NCBI GenBank assembly: GCA_965215195.1
Contig: CBDCDC010000002.1
Location: forward strand, 2,752,001 to 2,816,000
Origin: Candidatus Latescibacterota bacterium
Lineage (GTDB): Bacteria; Latescibacterota; UBA2968; UBA8231
Length of the DNA stretch: 64,000 nt
Direction: 5' to 3'
Numbering within the stretch: position 1 is the stretch's first letter; each line of letters begins with the position of its first letter. A program made the translations under genes and the position numbers. Below are positions 48,694 to 58,304 of the stretch, one piece after another. The notes under the pieces were generated by a model, which saw only the letters and a list, made by a program, of their open reading frames with translations, made no database searches and was not told the DNA's origin.

Positions 48694-50247
48694 ATGCGCT
48701 TCTTCAATACCGCCGGTCCCATCAAGCCCGCCCGCCACTACTGCATCCCGCCGCTGGAACGCTTGGACCTGAACGAGGTGCTCGCCCTCATCCGAGACGA
48801 GAAGTACTTCGTTCTGCACGCCCCCCGGCAGACGGGCAAGACCTCCGGCCTGCTGGCCCTGCGCGACCTGCTCAACGCCGAGGGTGCCTACCGCTGCGTG
48901 TACGTCAATGTCGAGGGCGGGCAAGCCCTGCGCGAAGAGGTGGAACCGGCGATGCGGGTCATTCTGGGCGAGTTTGCGTCCCGGGCGCGTTCTATGGGCG
49001 ACGAGTTCTTGCCCAAGGTCTGGTCCAACATTCTCGCCGAGTACGGGCCGGGTGCTTTGGGCGAGGCGTTGACGCGCTGGGCGGAGGCCGACCCTAAACC
49101 GCTGGTTCTGCTCATTGACGAGATCGACGCACTCGTCGGCGACACGCTGCTGTCGGTGCTGCGGCAGTTGCGGGCTGGCTATGACCGCCGGCCGGAGGGC
49201 TTTCCGCAGAGTGTGATCCTCTGCGGGGTGCGCGACGTGCATTCCAAGTCGGCCAACGCCGTCATCTTGGGCGGTAGCGCGTTCAACATCAAGTCGCGCT
49301 CCCTGCGTTTGGACGACTTCTCGCCGGACGAGGTGCATGCCCTGCTCGCCCAGCACACCGAAGAGACCGGGCAGGCGTTCACGCCCGAAGCACTAAAAAC
49401 GATTTGGAGTCAGACCCAAGGGCAGCCGTGGCTGGTCAACGCCTTGGCGGATCAAACTTGCTTCCGAGATGGGGCCGCGGCGCGGCGCGCCCCGGTCACC
49501 GCCGACGCCATCCTCGAAGCCCGCGAGCAACTCATCCTGCGCCGGGAGACGCACCTCGACCAGTTGACCGACAAACTCAAGGAAGACCGCGTCCGGCGCA
49601 TAGTTGAGCCGCTGTTGAGTGGCAGTGCGGAACGCCACTTCATTGACCGCGATTTGGAGTACGTGCGCGATCTCGGCCTCGTCGCCCAAGACCTGCCATA
49701 CCGCATTGCCAATCCCATCTACGCCGAGGTCATCCCCCGCGAGCTGACGTGGGTCGTTCAAGGGGAGTTTGAGCTGGAAACGGCTTGGTACGTCGAGGCC
49801 GACGGCCGCCTAAACGTCGGAAAGCTGATGGCGGCGTTCCAAGCGTTCTTCCGCGAGCATTCCGAGCACTGGGTAACGCGGTTCCAATACCAAGAGGCTG
49901 GCCCGCAGTTGCTGTTGCAGGCATTCTTGCAGCGCATCGTCAACACCGGAGGGCGCATTGAGCGGGAGTACGGTTTGGGTCGGATGCGTACCGACCTGCT
50001 GATCGTCTGGCCGCAGGGGGAGGAGACGCGCAAGATCGTGATTGAGTGCAAGGTGCTGCACAAGAGTTTGGAGCAGACCATCGCCGAGGGGTTGGAGCAG
50101 ACCGCTGGGTACATGGATCGGTGTGCGGCCGAGGCGGGTCATTTGGTGATATTCGACCGTCGGGCGGGTCGGCGTTGGGAGGACAAGGTGTTCCGGGATC
50201 GTCGGGCGTCGACCAGCGGGATTGAGATCGACCTTTGGGGGATGTGA
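48694..50247 (+). CDS. AAA-like ATPase with C-terminal PD-(D/E)XK-like domain
   Basis: FNTAGP, APRQTGKTS, LIDEID and REY..G..RTDL...IECK motifs. Confidence 0.85.
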   Translation: MRFFNTAGPIKPARHYCIPPLERLDLNEVLALIRDEKYFVLHAPRQTGKTSGLLALRDLLNAEGAYRCVYVNVEGGQALREEVEPAMRVILGEFASRARSMGDEFLPKVWSNILAEYGPGALGEALTRWAEADPKPLVLLIDEIDALVGDTLLSVLRQLRAGYDRRPEGFPQSVILCGVRDVHSKSANAVILGGSAFNIKSRSLRLDDFSPDEVHALLAQHTEETGQAFTPEALKTIWSQTQGQPWLVNALADQTCFRDGAAARRAPVTADAILEAREQLILRRETHLDQLTDKLKEDRVRRIVEPLLSGSAERHFIDRDLEYVRDLGLVAQDLPYRIANPIYAEVIPRELTWVVQGEFELETAWYVEADGRLNVGKLMAAFQAFFREHSEHWVTRFQYQEAGPQLLLQAFLQRIVNTGGRIEREYGLGRMRTDLLIVWPQGEETRKIVIECKVLHKSLEQTIAEGLEQTAGYMDRCAAEAGHLVIFDRRAGRRWEDKVFRDRRASTSGIEIDLWGM

Positions 50248-50428
50248 GGGCATGCGGTTAGAGCGCGTGTGGCGTTTGACTTTCTGCGCGAAAATATCTT
50301 GAATACCAAGTTGCTCTCAGCACCCTAGCGTCTTCTACGGACAAACTGCGCGTTTCGCTGGGTAGCCCGCTTGGTTGCCCAACCTAGGGACTGTCGAACC
50401 AAAAACCAACTAAAAGGAGGATTGTGTT

Positions 50429-51265
50429 ATGAGCGAGTCGAGAAGCGATGCTAGATATACGATGGGGCGTACCGAGGAGGAGGAGGAGCGTCTGATTCAG
50501 CAGTCGCAACTATACGACGCGGTGACGCGGCGCTTTCTCAAAGAAGCGGGCCTCAGCAGCGGGATGAAGGTGCTCGATATTGGCAGCGGTGCCGGGGATG
50601 TAGCCCTGACAGCCGCTGAGTTGGTCGGGCCAAAAGGCACTGTCGTGGGCGTGGATGTAAATCCGGCGATTCTCGAAACGGCGCAGGCACGGGCGCAGAA
50701 AGCCGGGTTTACCAACGTCAAATTCATGGCCGGGGACGCCCGTGCGCTGGACCTCGGAAACGACTTTGACGCCCTGATCGGCCGACTCGTTCTCATGTAC
50801 ATGGCCGATCCCGCCGACGCCCTGAAACAGCTAGCGACCCGCCTGCGCCCGGGGGGGATCGCGGCCTTTCAGGAGGCTGATTTCACCCCCTATCGACAGA
50901 TGTATCATCCACAGACGCCCCTCGCGAACAAGCTGATCGATTGGGCTCTCGGAGTGTTCGAGCATTCCGGGGCGCACATCGGCATGGGCTTTGACCTGTA
51001 TCGCACTTTCGTCGAGGCTGGTTTGCCCGAGCCGTACATGCACTTTGAGTCTCCGGTTGGCGGGCCAGAGTCGTGGGCCGGGTATCAACTCGTTGTCAAC
51101 AGCTTTCGCAGCATGCTCCCGCTCATAGAAGAGTACGGGCTTGCAACGGCCGAAGAGGTTGATGTGGAAACCCTCGCCGAGCGGATTCGGCGAGAAGTGG
51201 TGACGGCAAAACGGCCGTTCGCTCTGCCGCCCCATGTAACCGCCTGGGCACAGCTTGCGAGCTGA
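50429..51265 (+). CDS. Class I SAM-dependent methyltransferase
   Basis: VLDIGSGAG, GVD and LRPGG motifs. Confidence 0.9.
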   Translation: MSESRSDARYTMGRTEEEEERLIQQSQLYDAVTRRFLKEAGLSSGMKVLDIGSGAGDVALTAAELVGPKGTVVGVDVNPAILETAQARAQKAGFTNVKFMAGDARALDLGNDFDALIGRLVLMYMADPADALKQLATRLRPGGIAAFQEADFTPYRQMYHPQTPLANKLIDWALGVFEHSGAHIGMGFDLYRTFVEAGLPEPYMHFESPVGGPESWAGYQLVVNSFRSMLPLIEEYGLATAEEVDVETLAERIRREVVTAKRPFALPPHVTAWAQLAS

Positions 51266-51352
51266 GCAGCGGGCGCAAAACCCCTAACGGCCGGCGTCAT
51301 AACCTTCTGTTTCTTCTTGCGTTGTCGTCTAACGGAGCGAGGAGTGGATACA

Positions 51353-52429
51353 ATGAGCAAGTGGAAAATTGCCGGAATCAACTTCGACCATCTACACATG
51401 GGCGACAACTTGCGCATGGCCTTTGAGCACGCAGACGCCGAGATCGTCGGCATTTGCGACGAGCAGCCCGAGCGCATGGAGCAGGCGTGCGAGGATTTCG
51501 CCATTCCGCCCGACCGGGTTTTCAGGGACTACCGGGCGTGTTTGGAAAAGACCCAGCCGGACATCGTCCTCCTCTGCCCGGCCACGGCCGAACACGGCGA
51601 GTGGACCGAAAAGGTCGCGCCTTTCGGCGTTCACATCATCGTGGAAAAACCCTTTGCCGCCACCCTCGCCGAGGCGGACCGGATGCAGCGGGCCATGGCG
51701 GGGACGGGCAAAGTGTTGGCGATCAACTGGCCGCTAGCTTGGTATCCACCGCACCGCACGGCGCAACGGCTCATCGCCGCAGGCGAGATCGGCGAGGTGA
51801 TCGAAGTCCACTACTACGACGGCAACCGCGGGCCGCTGTGGCACCTCGCCGACAAAGTGGAGCGCACGGCCGACGTGGTCGAGCGCGAAAAGCCCGCGAG
51901 TTGGTTTTACAAAAAGGCGGCGGGCGGCGGCTCCCTGCTGGACTACTTAGGGTACGGCACCACCTTGGGCACTTGGTACATGGACGGCCGGGCACCAATT
52001 GAGGTGACGGCCACTGTAGATCAGCCCCAAGGGCTCGAAGTAGATGAGCACTGCATTGCGGTGGCGCGCTACGAGCGGGGCCTGTCAAAATTCGAGACGC
52101 GCTGGGGCACCTTTACCGACCCTTGGACCCTGCAACCCCAGCCCAAGTGCGGCTTCGTCATCGTCGGCAGCGAGGGCACGATTAGCTCCTACGACTACGA
52201 GGAGGTAATCCGCGTGCAGACGCGGGCGCAGCCAGCAGCCGAGGAACGGCCGGTAGATGTGCTCGAACCGCCCTTCCAGAATCCCGTTCAGTACGCGATT
52301 CACTGCATCGAAGAGGGCCAACCCATTGAGGGGCCGCTGTCGCCAGCCCTGTGTCGCATCGGCCAGCAGATCGTCGATACCGCCTATCAGAGTGCCGTGC
52401 AGAAGCGCACGGTATCCCTGATTCAATAG
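51353..52429 (+). CDS. Gfo/Idh/MocA oxidoreductase
   Basis: VEKPFA and GGGSLLD motifs. Confidence 0.88.
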   Translation: MSKWKIAGINFDHLHMGDNLRMAFEHADAEIVGICDEQPERMEQACEDFAIPPDRVFRDYRACLEKTQPDIVLLCPATAEHGEWTEKVAPFGVHIIVEKPFAATLAEADRMQRAMAGTGKVLAINWPLAWYPPHRTAQRLIAAGEIGEVIEVHYYDGNRGPLWHLADKVERTADVVEREKPASWFYKKAAGGGSLLDYLGYGTTLGTWYMDGRAPIEVTATVDQPQGLEVDEHCIAVARYERGLSKFETRWGTFTDPWTLQPQPKCGFVIVGSEGTISSYDYEEVIRVQTRAQPAAEERPVDVLEPPFQNPVQYAIHCIEEGQPIEGPLSPALCRIGQQIVDTAYQSAVQKRTVSLIQ

Positions 52430-52431
52430 CT

Positions 52432-53550
52432 ATGGCAGAAAGCCAAGACAGCGGCTACGGCCGCGGCGAAACCGGATCAAAAGCCGCAGTAGCAGCCCCG
52501 GACTTGCCCTACCAGCCGCGCGATCCGGTGACCTATCGTCCGCAGATCGGCTTGATTGGCTGCGGCGGCATCTCCGAGATGCACTTGCGCGCCTATAAAA
52601 ACGCCGGTTATGAGGTCGCGGCCCTGTGCAGCCGCGATCGGGGGCGCGTCAAGCAGCGGCGGCGGGAATTCTATCCGGCGGCCGACACCTACCTCGACTA
52701 TCGGGACCTGCTCGCCCGCGCCGACATCGAAGTGGTGGACATCACTCCCCACCCCAAGGAGCGGCTGCCGATCCTCGAAGCGGCCCTTGACGCTGGCAAA
52801 CACGTCTTGAGCCAGAAGCCTTTTGTGCTCGACTTGGACGTGGGCGAGGCACTCATTGCACGGGCCGAGCGGCGCGGCGTACAACTGGCCGTCAATCAGA
52901 ATGGCCGCTGGGCACCGCATTTTAGCTACATGCGCCACGCGGTGGCCGCTGGCTTGGTCGGCCAAGTGCAAAGCGTTGAGTTCGCCGTGCATTGGGACCA
53001 CAACTGGATCGCCGGCTCTGCCTTTGACGCGGTGGAAGATCTGGTGCTCTACGACTTTGGGATGCACTGGTTTGATATGGCGGCGGTGCTCTTAGGGCGC
53101 GAGAAGCCGCAACAGGTCCACGCCTCGGCCCGGCACGCAGCCGGTCAGGAAGCCAAGCCGCCGCTTTTGGCCCAAGCGGCGATTGAGTGCGCGGGGGCGC
53201 AGGCGACGATCTTCTTTAACGGCAGCACCCGCCAAGGACAACAGGATCGCACCTATCTCGTCGGCACGGAGGGCGCCATAGGGGCCAGCGGCGTGGATCT
53301 GACGGCGCAGGAAGTCGCGCTATATACCGCAGCGGGCGTGGCCCGGCCGCAGCTTGTGGGGACGTGGTTTGAGCAGGGATTCCACGGGACCATGGGCGAG
53401 CTGCTCTGCGCTGTCGAGGAGGGCCGCGAACCCAACAACAGCGCCCGCGCCAATCTCGCGAGTTTGGCGCTGTGCTTTGCGGCCGTGGCCAGCGCCCACC
53501 GCGGCGAGCCCGTGGTGCCGGGAGCGGTGCGGCGGCTGCCCGGCCCGTAG
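52432..53550 (+). CDS. Gfo/Idh/MocA oxidoreductase
   Basis: IGCGGI, GKHVLSQKP and D..MHWFD motifs. Confidence 0.88.
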   Translation: MAESQDSGYGRGETGSKAAVAAPDLPYQPRDPVTYRPQIGLIGCGGISEMHLRAYKNAGYEVAALCSRDRGRVKQRRREFYPAADTYLDYRDLLARADIEVVDITPHPKERLPILEAALDAGKHVLSQKPFVLDLDVGEALIARAERRGVQLAVNQNGRWAPHFSYMRHAVAAGLVGQVQSVEFAVHWDHNWIAGSAFDAVEDLVLYDFGMHWFDMAAVLLGREKPQQVHASARHAAGQEAKPPLLAQAAIECAGAQATIFFNGSTRQGQQDRTYLVGTEGAIGASGVDLTAQEVALYTAAGVARPQLVGTWFEQGFHGTMGELLCAVEEGREPNNSARANLASLALCFAAVASAHRGEPVVPGAVRRLPGP

Positions 53551-53601
53551 GGAACAAGCTGTTTTCCCTACCGCCAGACGGCAATTCCTTGGAGGTTTTC
53601 T

Positions 53602-54450
53602 ATGGATTCAACCTGCCTGCAATACACCTTGACCGAGGAGGAGAGCCGCCGCTTTGCCGAGGACGGCTTCTTCATCGTCCGCGATGTGCTGCCCTTGGAT
53701 TTAGTAGATAAGCTCATCCCGGTCGTCGATCGCCTCGATGCCGAGTACCGGCTGCAAAAGGGGCTAGAAAAGCACCAGATGCACAACTTGTTCGACTTTA
53801 TCGGCAAAGATGCACTCTTTCTGGAATTGCTTGACTGGCCCAAGACATTCGCCAAGGTTTTTGGGATTTTGGGCTGGCATATCCAGCTTTACCACTCGCA
53901 TTTGATCGTTACTCCGCCTTTAGACGGCGTCGTGCCCCAACGCAAGCGGCTGGGCTGGCACCAAGACAGCGGGCGGCTCAACATCGACTTGGAGACTCAG
54001 CCCCGGCCGAGGGTCTCGCTCAAGGTGGCGTATTTTCTCACGGACTGCACCCAGACCCATCGCGGCAACTTCCACGCCGTACCCGGCTCGCACCTGAAAA
54101 ACGAGCTAAAAATGCCAGCGGACGAGGACTTGGACCCAGCGGGCGCAAGGCCGATCCAAGTGGCAGCCGGGGACGCGGTGTTTTTTGACCGGCGAATCTG
54201 GCATGCAGCCGGCCACAACTTCTCGCCCGACGCACGCAAGGCCCTGTTTTACGGCTATAGCTACCGCTGGTTGCGGCCACGCGACGACATGACGGTAGAG
54301 CACCTGCTGGACCGCTGCGATCCGATCCGGCAGCAGCTACTTGGTGCCGGCCCGAGCGGCGGGCACGGCTACACCTCGCCAAAAGAAGAAGACGTGCCCC
54401 TGAGAGCGTGGATTCGCGAGCATTTGGGTGAAGAAGCAGTGGTGCAATAA
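53602..54450 (+). CDS. PhyH-family dioxygenase
   Basis: FAEDGF, WHQD, VPGSH and GDAVFFD..IWH motifs. Confidence 0.88.
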   Translation: MDSTCLQYTLTEEESRRFAEDGFFIVRDVLPLDLVDKLIPVVDRLDAEYRLQKGLEKHQMHNLFDFIGKDALFLELLDWPKTFAKVFGILGWHIQLYHSHLIVTPPLDGVVPQRKRLGWHQDSGRLNIDLETQPRPRVSLKVAYFLTDCTQTHRGNFHAVPGSHLKNELKMPADEDLDPAGARPIQVAAGDAVFFDRRIWHAAGHNFSPDARKALFYGYSYRWLRPRDDMTVEHLLDRCDPIRQQLLGAGPSGGHGYTSPKEEDVPLRAWIREHLGEEAVVQ

Positions 54451-54496
54451 ACTAGAAGTTATCTCGTCATTTACGTAGGGGCGACCCTTGTTTCGA

Positions 54497-57400
54497 CTAA
54501 CCCACCGGCAGTCCGACAAAGAGCCGGCTGGACACGCTGCTCAGCGGCTCAACTTCGCCGCGCTCGGCCGCCCTAGCAAAGACTACGCCCGGCTGCGCGG
54601 CCCGAGCGGCCCGGCCCAAGACGTGATAATCGGCCCGGCCGGGCTGTTGGGCCGCTTCCCGCGCCTCGCTCCAGCCCTCGTTGGTGGCGGCCAGACCCCA
54701 CAAGGCACGCGGTGCCCGCACCTTGGCCTCCTCCACCGACAGGCCATCGCGCCAACAACCGCGCTGGGCGAACAAACTACCATCTTCCCGACAGATCAGC
54801 CCACCACCCACGTATTGGATCACCTGCTGTTGGTTGCCTCGCGCCCCCGATAGCGTCAACAGGGCTAGGGGCCCCAAGTCGTTGTCGGCGAAATCGGCCT
54901 GCTGGTAGAAAGCCGCCACTAACTCGTCGCTGTACATTTGCCACTCGTCCCCATGGACCTCTTTGGGTTGCTCTGGCCACTCCTTGCCCGAACCGAGGAA
55001 GGGGTTGAAGGAGGCCCCTGACTGCTTGCAGACCTCAAAGCCGCGCCGCGTCAGCCGGTCGAGTACATCCAGCGCTCGCTCCAAACCCTCGCGCTGCAGC
55101 ACCTGAGCGAGCAAGCGATTGAGATCGCGCTTGGTGAACAGCCGGCTGCCATCCACCGCCATTCCGGTCAGCCCCTCCACTTCGGCACGGCCTTCCTCCG
55201 TGCGACACAGCCGCGCCAAGCCCCATGTCATGCCGTGATAGTTGTCGGCCACGTAACGCCAGACATCCGCATCGCGCTGGATGTGTCCGGCCACCGACAG
55301 CGCGGTCTCGGCTTCGGCCTGGGCTTCCTCGGTGAGGGGCAAAAACACCTCGATGGAGTCGCCGTCGAAATCTAGCTCCATTAGTCGGCAAACGCGCGGA
55401 TGGACGCGCACTGCGGCCCCGGCCAAGCGCTGCGGGCGAAAGGCCACCACTGCGGTGGACATTGGGCCTTCGTCAACCAGCATCCGCTGGGCGCTGTACA
55501 GCAGCACCCACGAGCGCGCCATGATCGCGTCCAGAGCCTCAGTCGCCCGGGCCGAGCACCGCACCACTTCGTCGGCGCGACCTATCTCCCGCTCCACCTG
55601 AGGCCCGAACAAAGCCCAAGCCATTTCTTCGGGCAGGCCCACTTGGTCGAGATTCAGCTCAAATCCCGAGACGAGCGCGGCCCGGCCGCTAAACAGCGGT
55701 CTGGCCCGGAAGTGAAGGTGGTCCGGGCGCAACAACGCGGCGAAAAAATCCGCCACCCGCTGGGCCACTCGGGCCATTGCCGGTCCGACTAGGGGCTCCG
55801 GGGCCTCGCTGTCAACGACGCGCTGCAAGCGCGTATTGGCTTCGACCAAATCCTCGAAGCAGCCTCGGATTGGGTCGAACTCGGTTTCCGCGGGCAAAGC
55901 GACGGGAGCGCCCACCGTCCCCACTTGGCGTCCCGGAGCCCACGGGTGCGGCACGGGCTGGGCTAGGGTCAGCCCCTCGGGCTCGGCAAAGGAGAAGCGC
56001 AACGTTGCACTCGCTAACTCGGCTCGTATCCCGGCCATACCCAACAACTGCTGTAACAAGGCAAAGCGCGGGGATGGTGGGGGAGACGGGGATATTGGGC
56101 CAGAGGTCAAGTGCTGGCCCAGCGCATGGGCGTCGGCCCGCTCGGCCGCGGCCGTGTTGAACAAAGCGTGGATATTGGCTACGGCCCCGGCCTCGCACAA
56201 CGCTCCGTAGGCCATCATGTCGAGCTCTGGTCCGCCGACTCCTGCGACCGCAGTTTCCAAGCGCTCGGCCGCGGTGTGGGTGCGGCCCCAGTACACCCAA
56301 CCCACAGTGCTGCGATAGGGCAGCTTTGCGCCTTGGAGGGTCAGTTGCTCCATGCCGTCTCGGGGCAGTCCCGCCGCCGCCAGACGCGCTTTTAACGTCT
56401 CTTCGCTGGGTGCTCGAAAAGGCGGCACCACGGCCGGAGTCCCTTCGGCTTGGGCGAGGCGGCCCATGACTGCCTCGCGCTGTTGGCCGAAATTGAGCCG
56501 CGAGATCATACTGGTAGGACTGAAAATGAGTTCTAGCGGTGCCCCATCGGGCAACTGCGGCATATCGGCGTCGGGCAGGATGCGCGTCACCACCCCTTTG
56601 GCGCCGTGGCGGTTGCTCATGCGGTCGCCCACTCCCACTGCGGCGGGAAAATCCATCCGCGCCGCGGCCGATTCGCTGATGACCAAGCCATCCTCAAACG
56701 TGTCTCCGTCCCACATGATGAAGGCGGTCAGCAGATTGTAGCCACCCCAAAAGTCGGGGGCTTCGGGCTCGTACCCGGTCTGTACTAGGGCTGGCTCGGG
56801 TTTGTTGCCCTTGGAGGCCAAGCGCTGATCGTACTGCTGGCGGAACCAGCCCGTGGAGTGGACCGGTGCCCCTGTAGCGGCCGCGCTCGTCCACTGGCGC
56901 ATCATATTGACGCCCATCAGGGCGCGATTGGTATCGTCGTGTTCGAGGAAGGGGACCATGGAGGCCGAAAAACCCAAAATGCTGTCGGGCGCTGGGTCGA
57001 TCCGTTCGAGCTTGCCGTCGCGGATGCGGGCCCCGCGGGCGACTTCGAGTACGCGGCCGATATTGGGTCCCTCGGGGGTGCAGTAGGGGCATACTAGGCC
57101 GTATTGGCTGTAGGGGAAAACGTCTTGGCTGTCAAAAGACGCGACGACCAGCCGCCGCAGATGGGTATAGCGGTCGAGCCAGTTGGTCGCCTGTAGGTAC
57201 TGCGAGGTTTCCTCCAAGTGGAAGTCGCGCATCCAAGCGTCTAGCGGCAGCCAGTTGTGCACCAAGTCGCCGTCCCAAGCCAACTGCTCGGGGGCCGCCT
57301 CCAACCTCTGGTCAATAAAATCGCAGAGCTGCTCGCCCACGCACAGAATTCGCGCTTGCTCGAGCTCGCGCCGGTCGGGATAGGGGACCACGATCCGGTA

Positions 57401-57637
57401 GTTGCCCTCAATGCGGAAAAGGCCATCGCGGTCGGGCCGCGGCAGGTCGCGGTACTCAACCTCGACCGAGGCGTCGCCGAGTCCCAAGCTCAGTTTAATG
57501 GAAAAAGTATAAGGGCCCTGTTGTTCGACTTGATAGTCGGCCAGCGGCAGGCGCTTACCCAAGAGCCGGGGCAGTCGCTGGTGGACGAAAAGGTCAAAGG
57601 ACTCCCTGTGCCAAGGTACGTCGAGATTCAATGTCAT
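54497..57637 (-). CDS. Miniaturised single-chain RNA polymerase beta-beta' fusion protein
   Basis: RpoB motifs (CPYCTPEGPNIG, PFLEHDDTNRALMG.NM.RQ, FEDG..ISE, GDRMSNRHGAKGVV) followed in order by RpoC motifs (SGR....GLP..MA..LF.P, VHP.VC...DFDGD, SGARG, AA..G..E.L). Confidence 0.88.
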   Translation of the reverse strand: MTLNLDVPWHRESFDLFVHQRLPRLLGKRLPLADYQVEQQGPYTFSIKLSLGLGDASVEVEYRDLPRPDRDGLFRIEGNYRIVVPYPDRRELEQARILCVGEQLCDFIDQRLEAAPEQLAWDGDLVHNWLPLDAWMRDFHLEETSQYLQATNWLDRYTHLRRLVVASFDSQDVFPYSQYGLVCPYCTPEGPNIGRVLEVARGARIRDGKLERIDPAPDSILGFSASMVPFLEHDDTNRALMGVNMMRQWTSAAATGAPVHSTGWFRQQYDQRLASKGNKPEPALVQTGYEPEAPDFWGGYNLLTAFIMWDGDTFEDGLVISESAAARMDFPAAVGVGDRMSNRHGAKGVVTRILPDADMPQLPDGAPLELIFSPTSMISRLNFGQQREAVMGRLAQAEGTPAVVPPFRAPSEETLKARLAAAGLPRDGMEQLTLQGAKLPYRSTVGWVYWGRTHTAAERLETAVAGVGGPELDMMAYGALCEAGAVANIHALFNTAAAERADAHALGQHLTSGPISPSPPPSPRFALLQQLLGMAGIRAELASATLRFSFAEPEGLTLAQPVPHPWAPGRQVGTVGAPVALPAETEFDPIRGCFEDLVEANTRLQRVVDSEAPEPLVGPAMARVAQRVADFFAALLRPDHLHFRARPLFSGRAALVSGFELNLDQVGLPEEMAWALFGPQVEREIGRADEVVRCSARATEALDAIMARSWVLLYSAQRMLVDEGPMSTAVVAFRPQRLAGAAVRVHPRVCRLMELDFDGDSIEVFLPLTEEAQAEAETALSVAGHIQRDADVWRYVADNYHGMTWGLARLCRTEEGRAEVEGLTGMAVDGSRLFTKRDLNRLLAQVLQREGLERALDVLDRLTRRGFEVCKQSGASFNPFLGSGKEWPEQPKEVHGDEWQMYSDELVAAFYQQADFADNDLGPLALLTLSGARGNQQQVIQYVGGGLICREDGSLFAQRGCWRDGLSVEEAKVRAPRALWGLAATNEGWSEAREAAQQPGRADYHVLGRAARAAQPGVVFARAAERGEVEPLSSVSSRLFVGLPVG

Positions 57638-58258
57638 TCGCGTTCCTCCGGGTTATTAATAGCCTGCCAGGCTCGTGCGATCTGGCGGCGGCCGTGGTGC
57701 AGACGCGACTTTACAGTGCCTTCGGGAATGCCCAGTCGCTCGGCCGCGTCCCGCACTTCGACTTGGGCGTCGTAGATCAGACGGAAAACTTCGCGCTTGT
57801 CCTCGGACAACTCTTGTACTTGTCGCCGCAGCCAGCGCTGCTGGTCAGCCCATTCCACTTGGGCGTCGGGGTGCTCAGACGCAGCCTCAATCATCCACTC
57901 GGGCACTTGCTGCAATCATCCACTCGGGCACTTGCTGCGCCTCCTGCTGCACGGTTTCAGACAGCATTTCCAGCCGCTGCTCCCGCCGCCGCCGCACGGT
58001 GCGCAGGTGCGTCAGGGAAAGATGAGTGGCAATGCGGAACAGCCAGTTAGCCGCAGAGCCTCGACCGCTCCATTGGCCGGCCCGGTTCCACACTCGCAAG
58101 AAAACCTCCTGCACTACATCGTTAGCACTCGCATCGTCGCGGACGATGCAGCGCACGCGGTGGTGGACCTGCGCCCGATAGCGCTCAAAGAACTGCTCGA
58201 ATGCGCGTGCATCGCGTTCTTTTATTCGCGCTATGAGTTGTGGGTCCGGTATCTGCAT
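57634..58258 (-). pseudogene. ECF sigma-70 factor, frameshifted by a 25-bp tandem duplication
   Basis: Region 2 (DVVQEVFLRVW, WLFRIA) and region 4 (LGIPEGTVKSRLH) are in different frames; CAATCATCCACTCGGGCACTTGCTG is repeated at 57888 and 57913. Confidence 0.88.
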
Positions 58259-58278
58259 TGAGGCCCTCTGCAGATAAA

Positions 58279-58304
58279 GACGCCGCCCGGAAGGCATAGG
58301 TTCA
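58279..58304 (-). promoter_or_regulatory. ECF-type promoter TGAACC-N16-CGTC
   Basis: Minus strand reads TGAACC tatgccttccgggcgg CGTC, about 20 bp before the sigma ATG. Confidence 0.7.

Noticed and set aside
54497-57637. Housekeeping rpoB/rpoC or a simple pseudogene of them
   Set aside because: Far too short, fused, highly diverged and outside ribosomal-protein context, yet fully in frame with core motifs in order.
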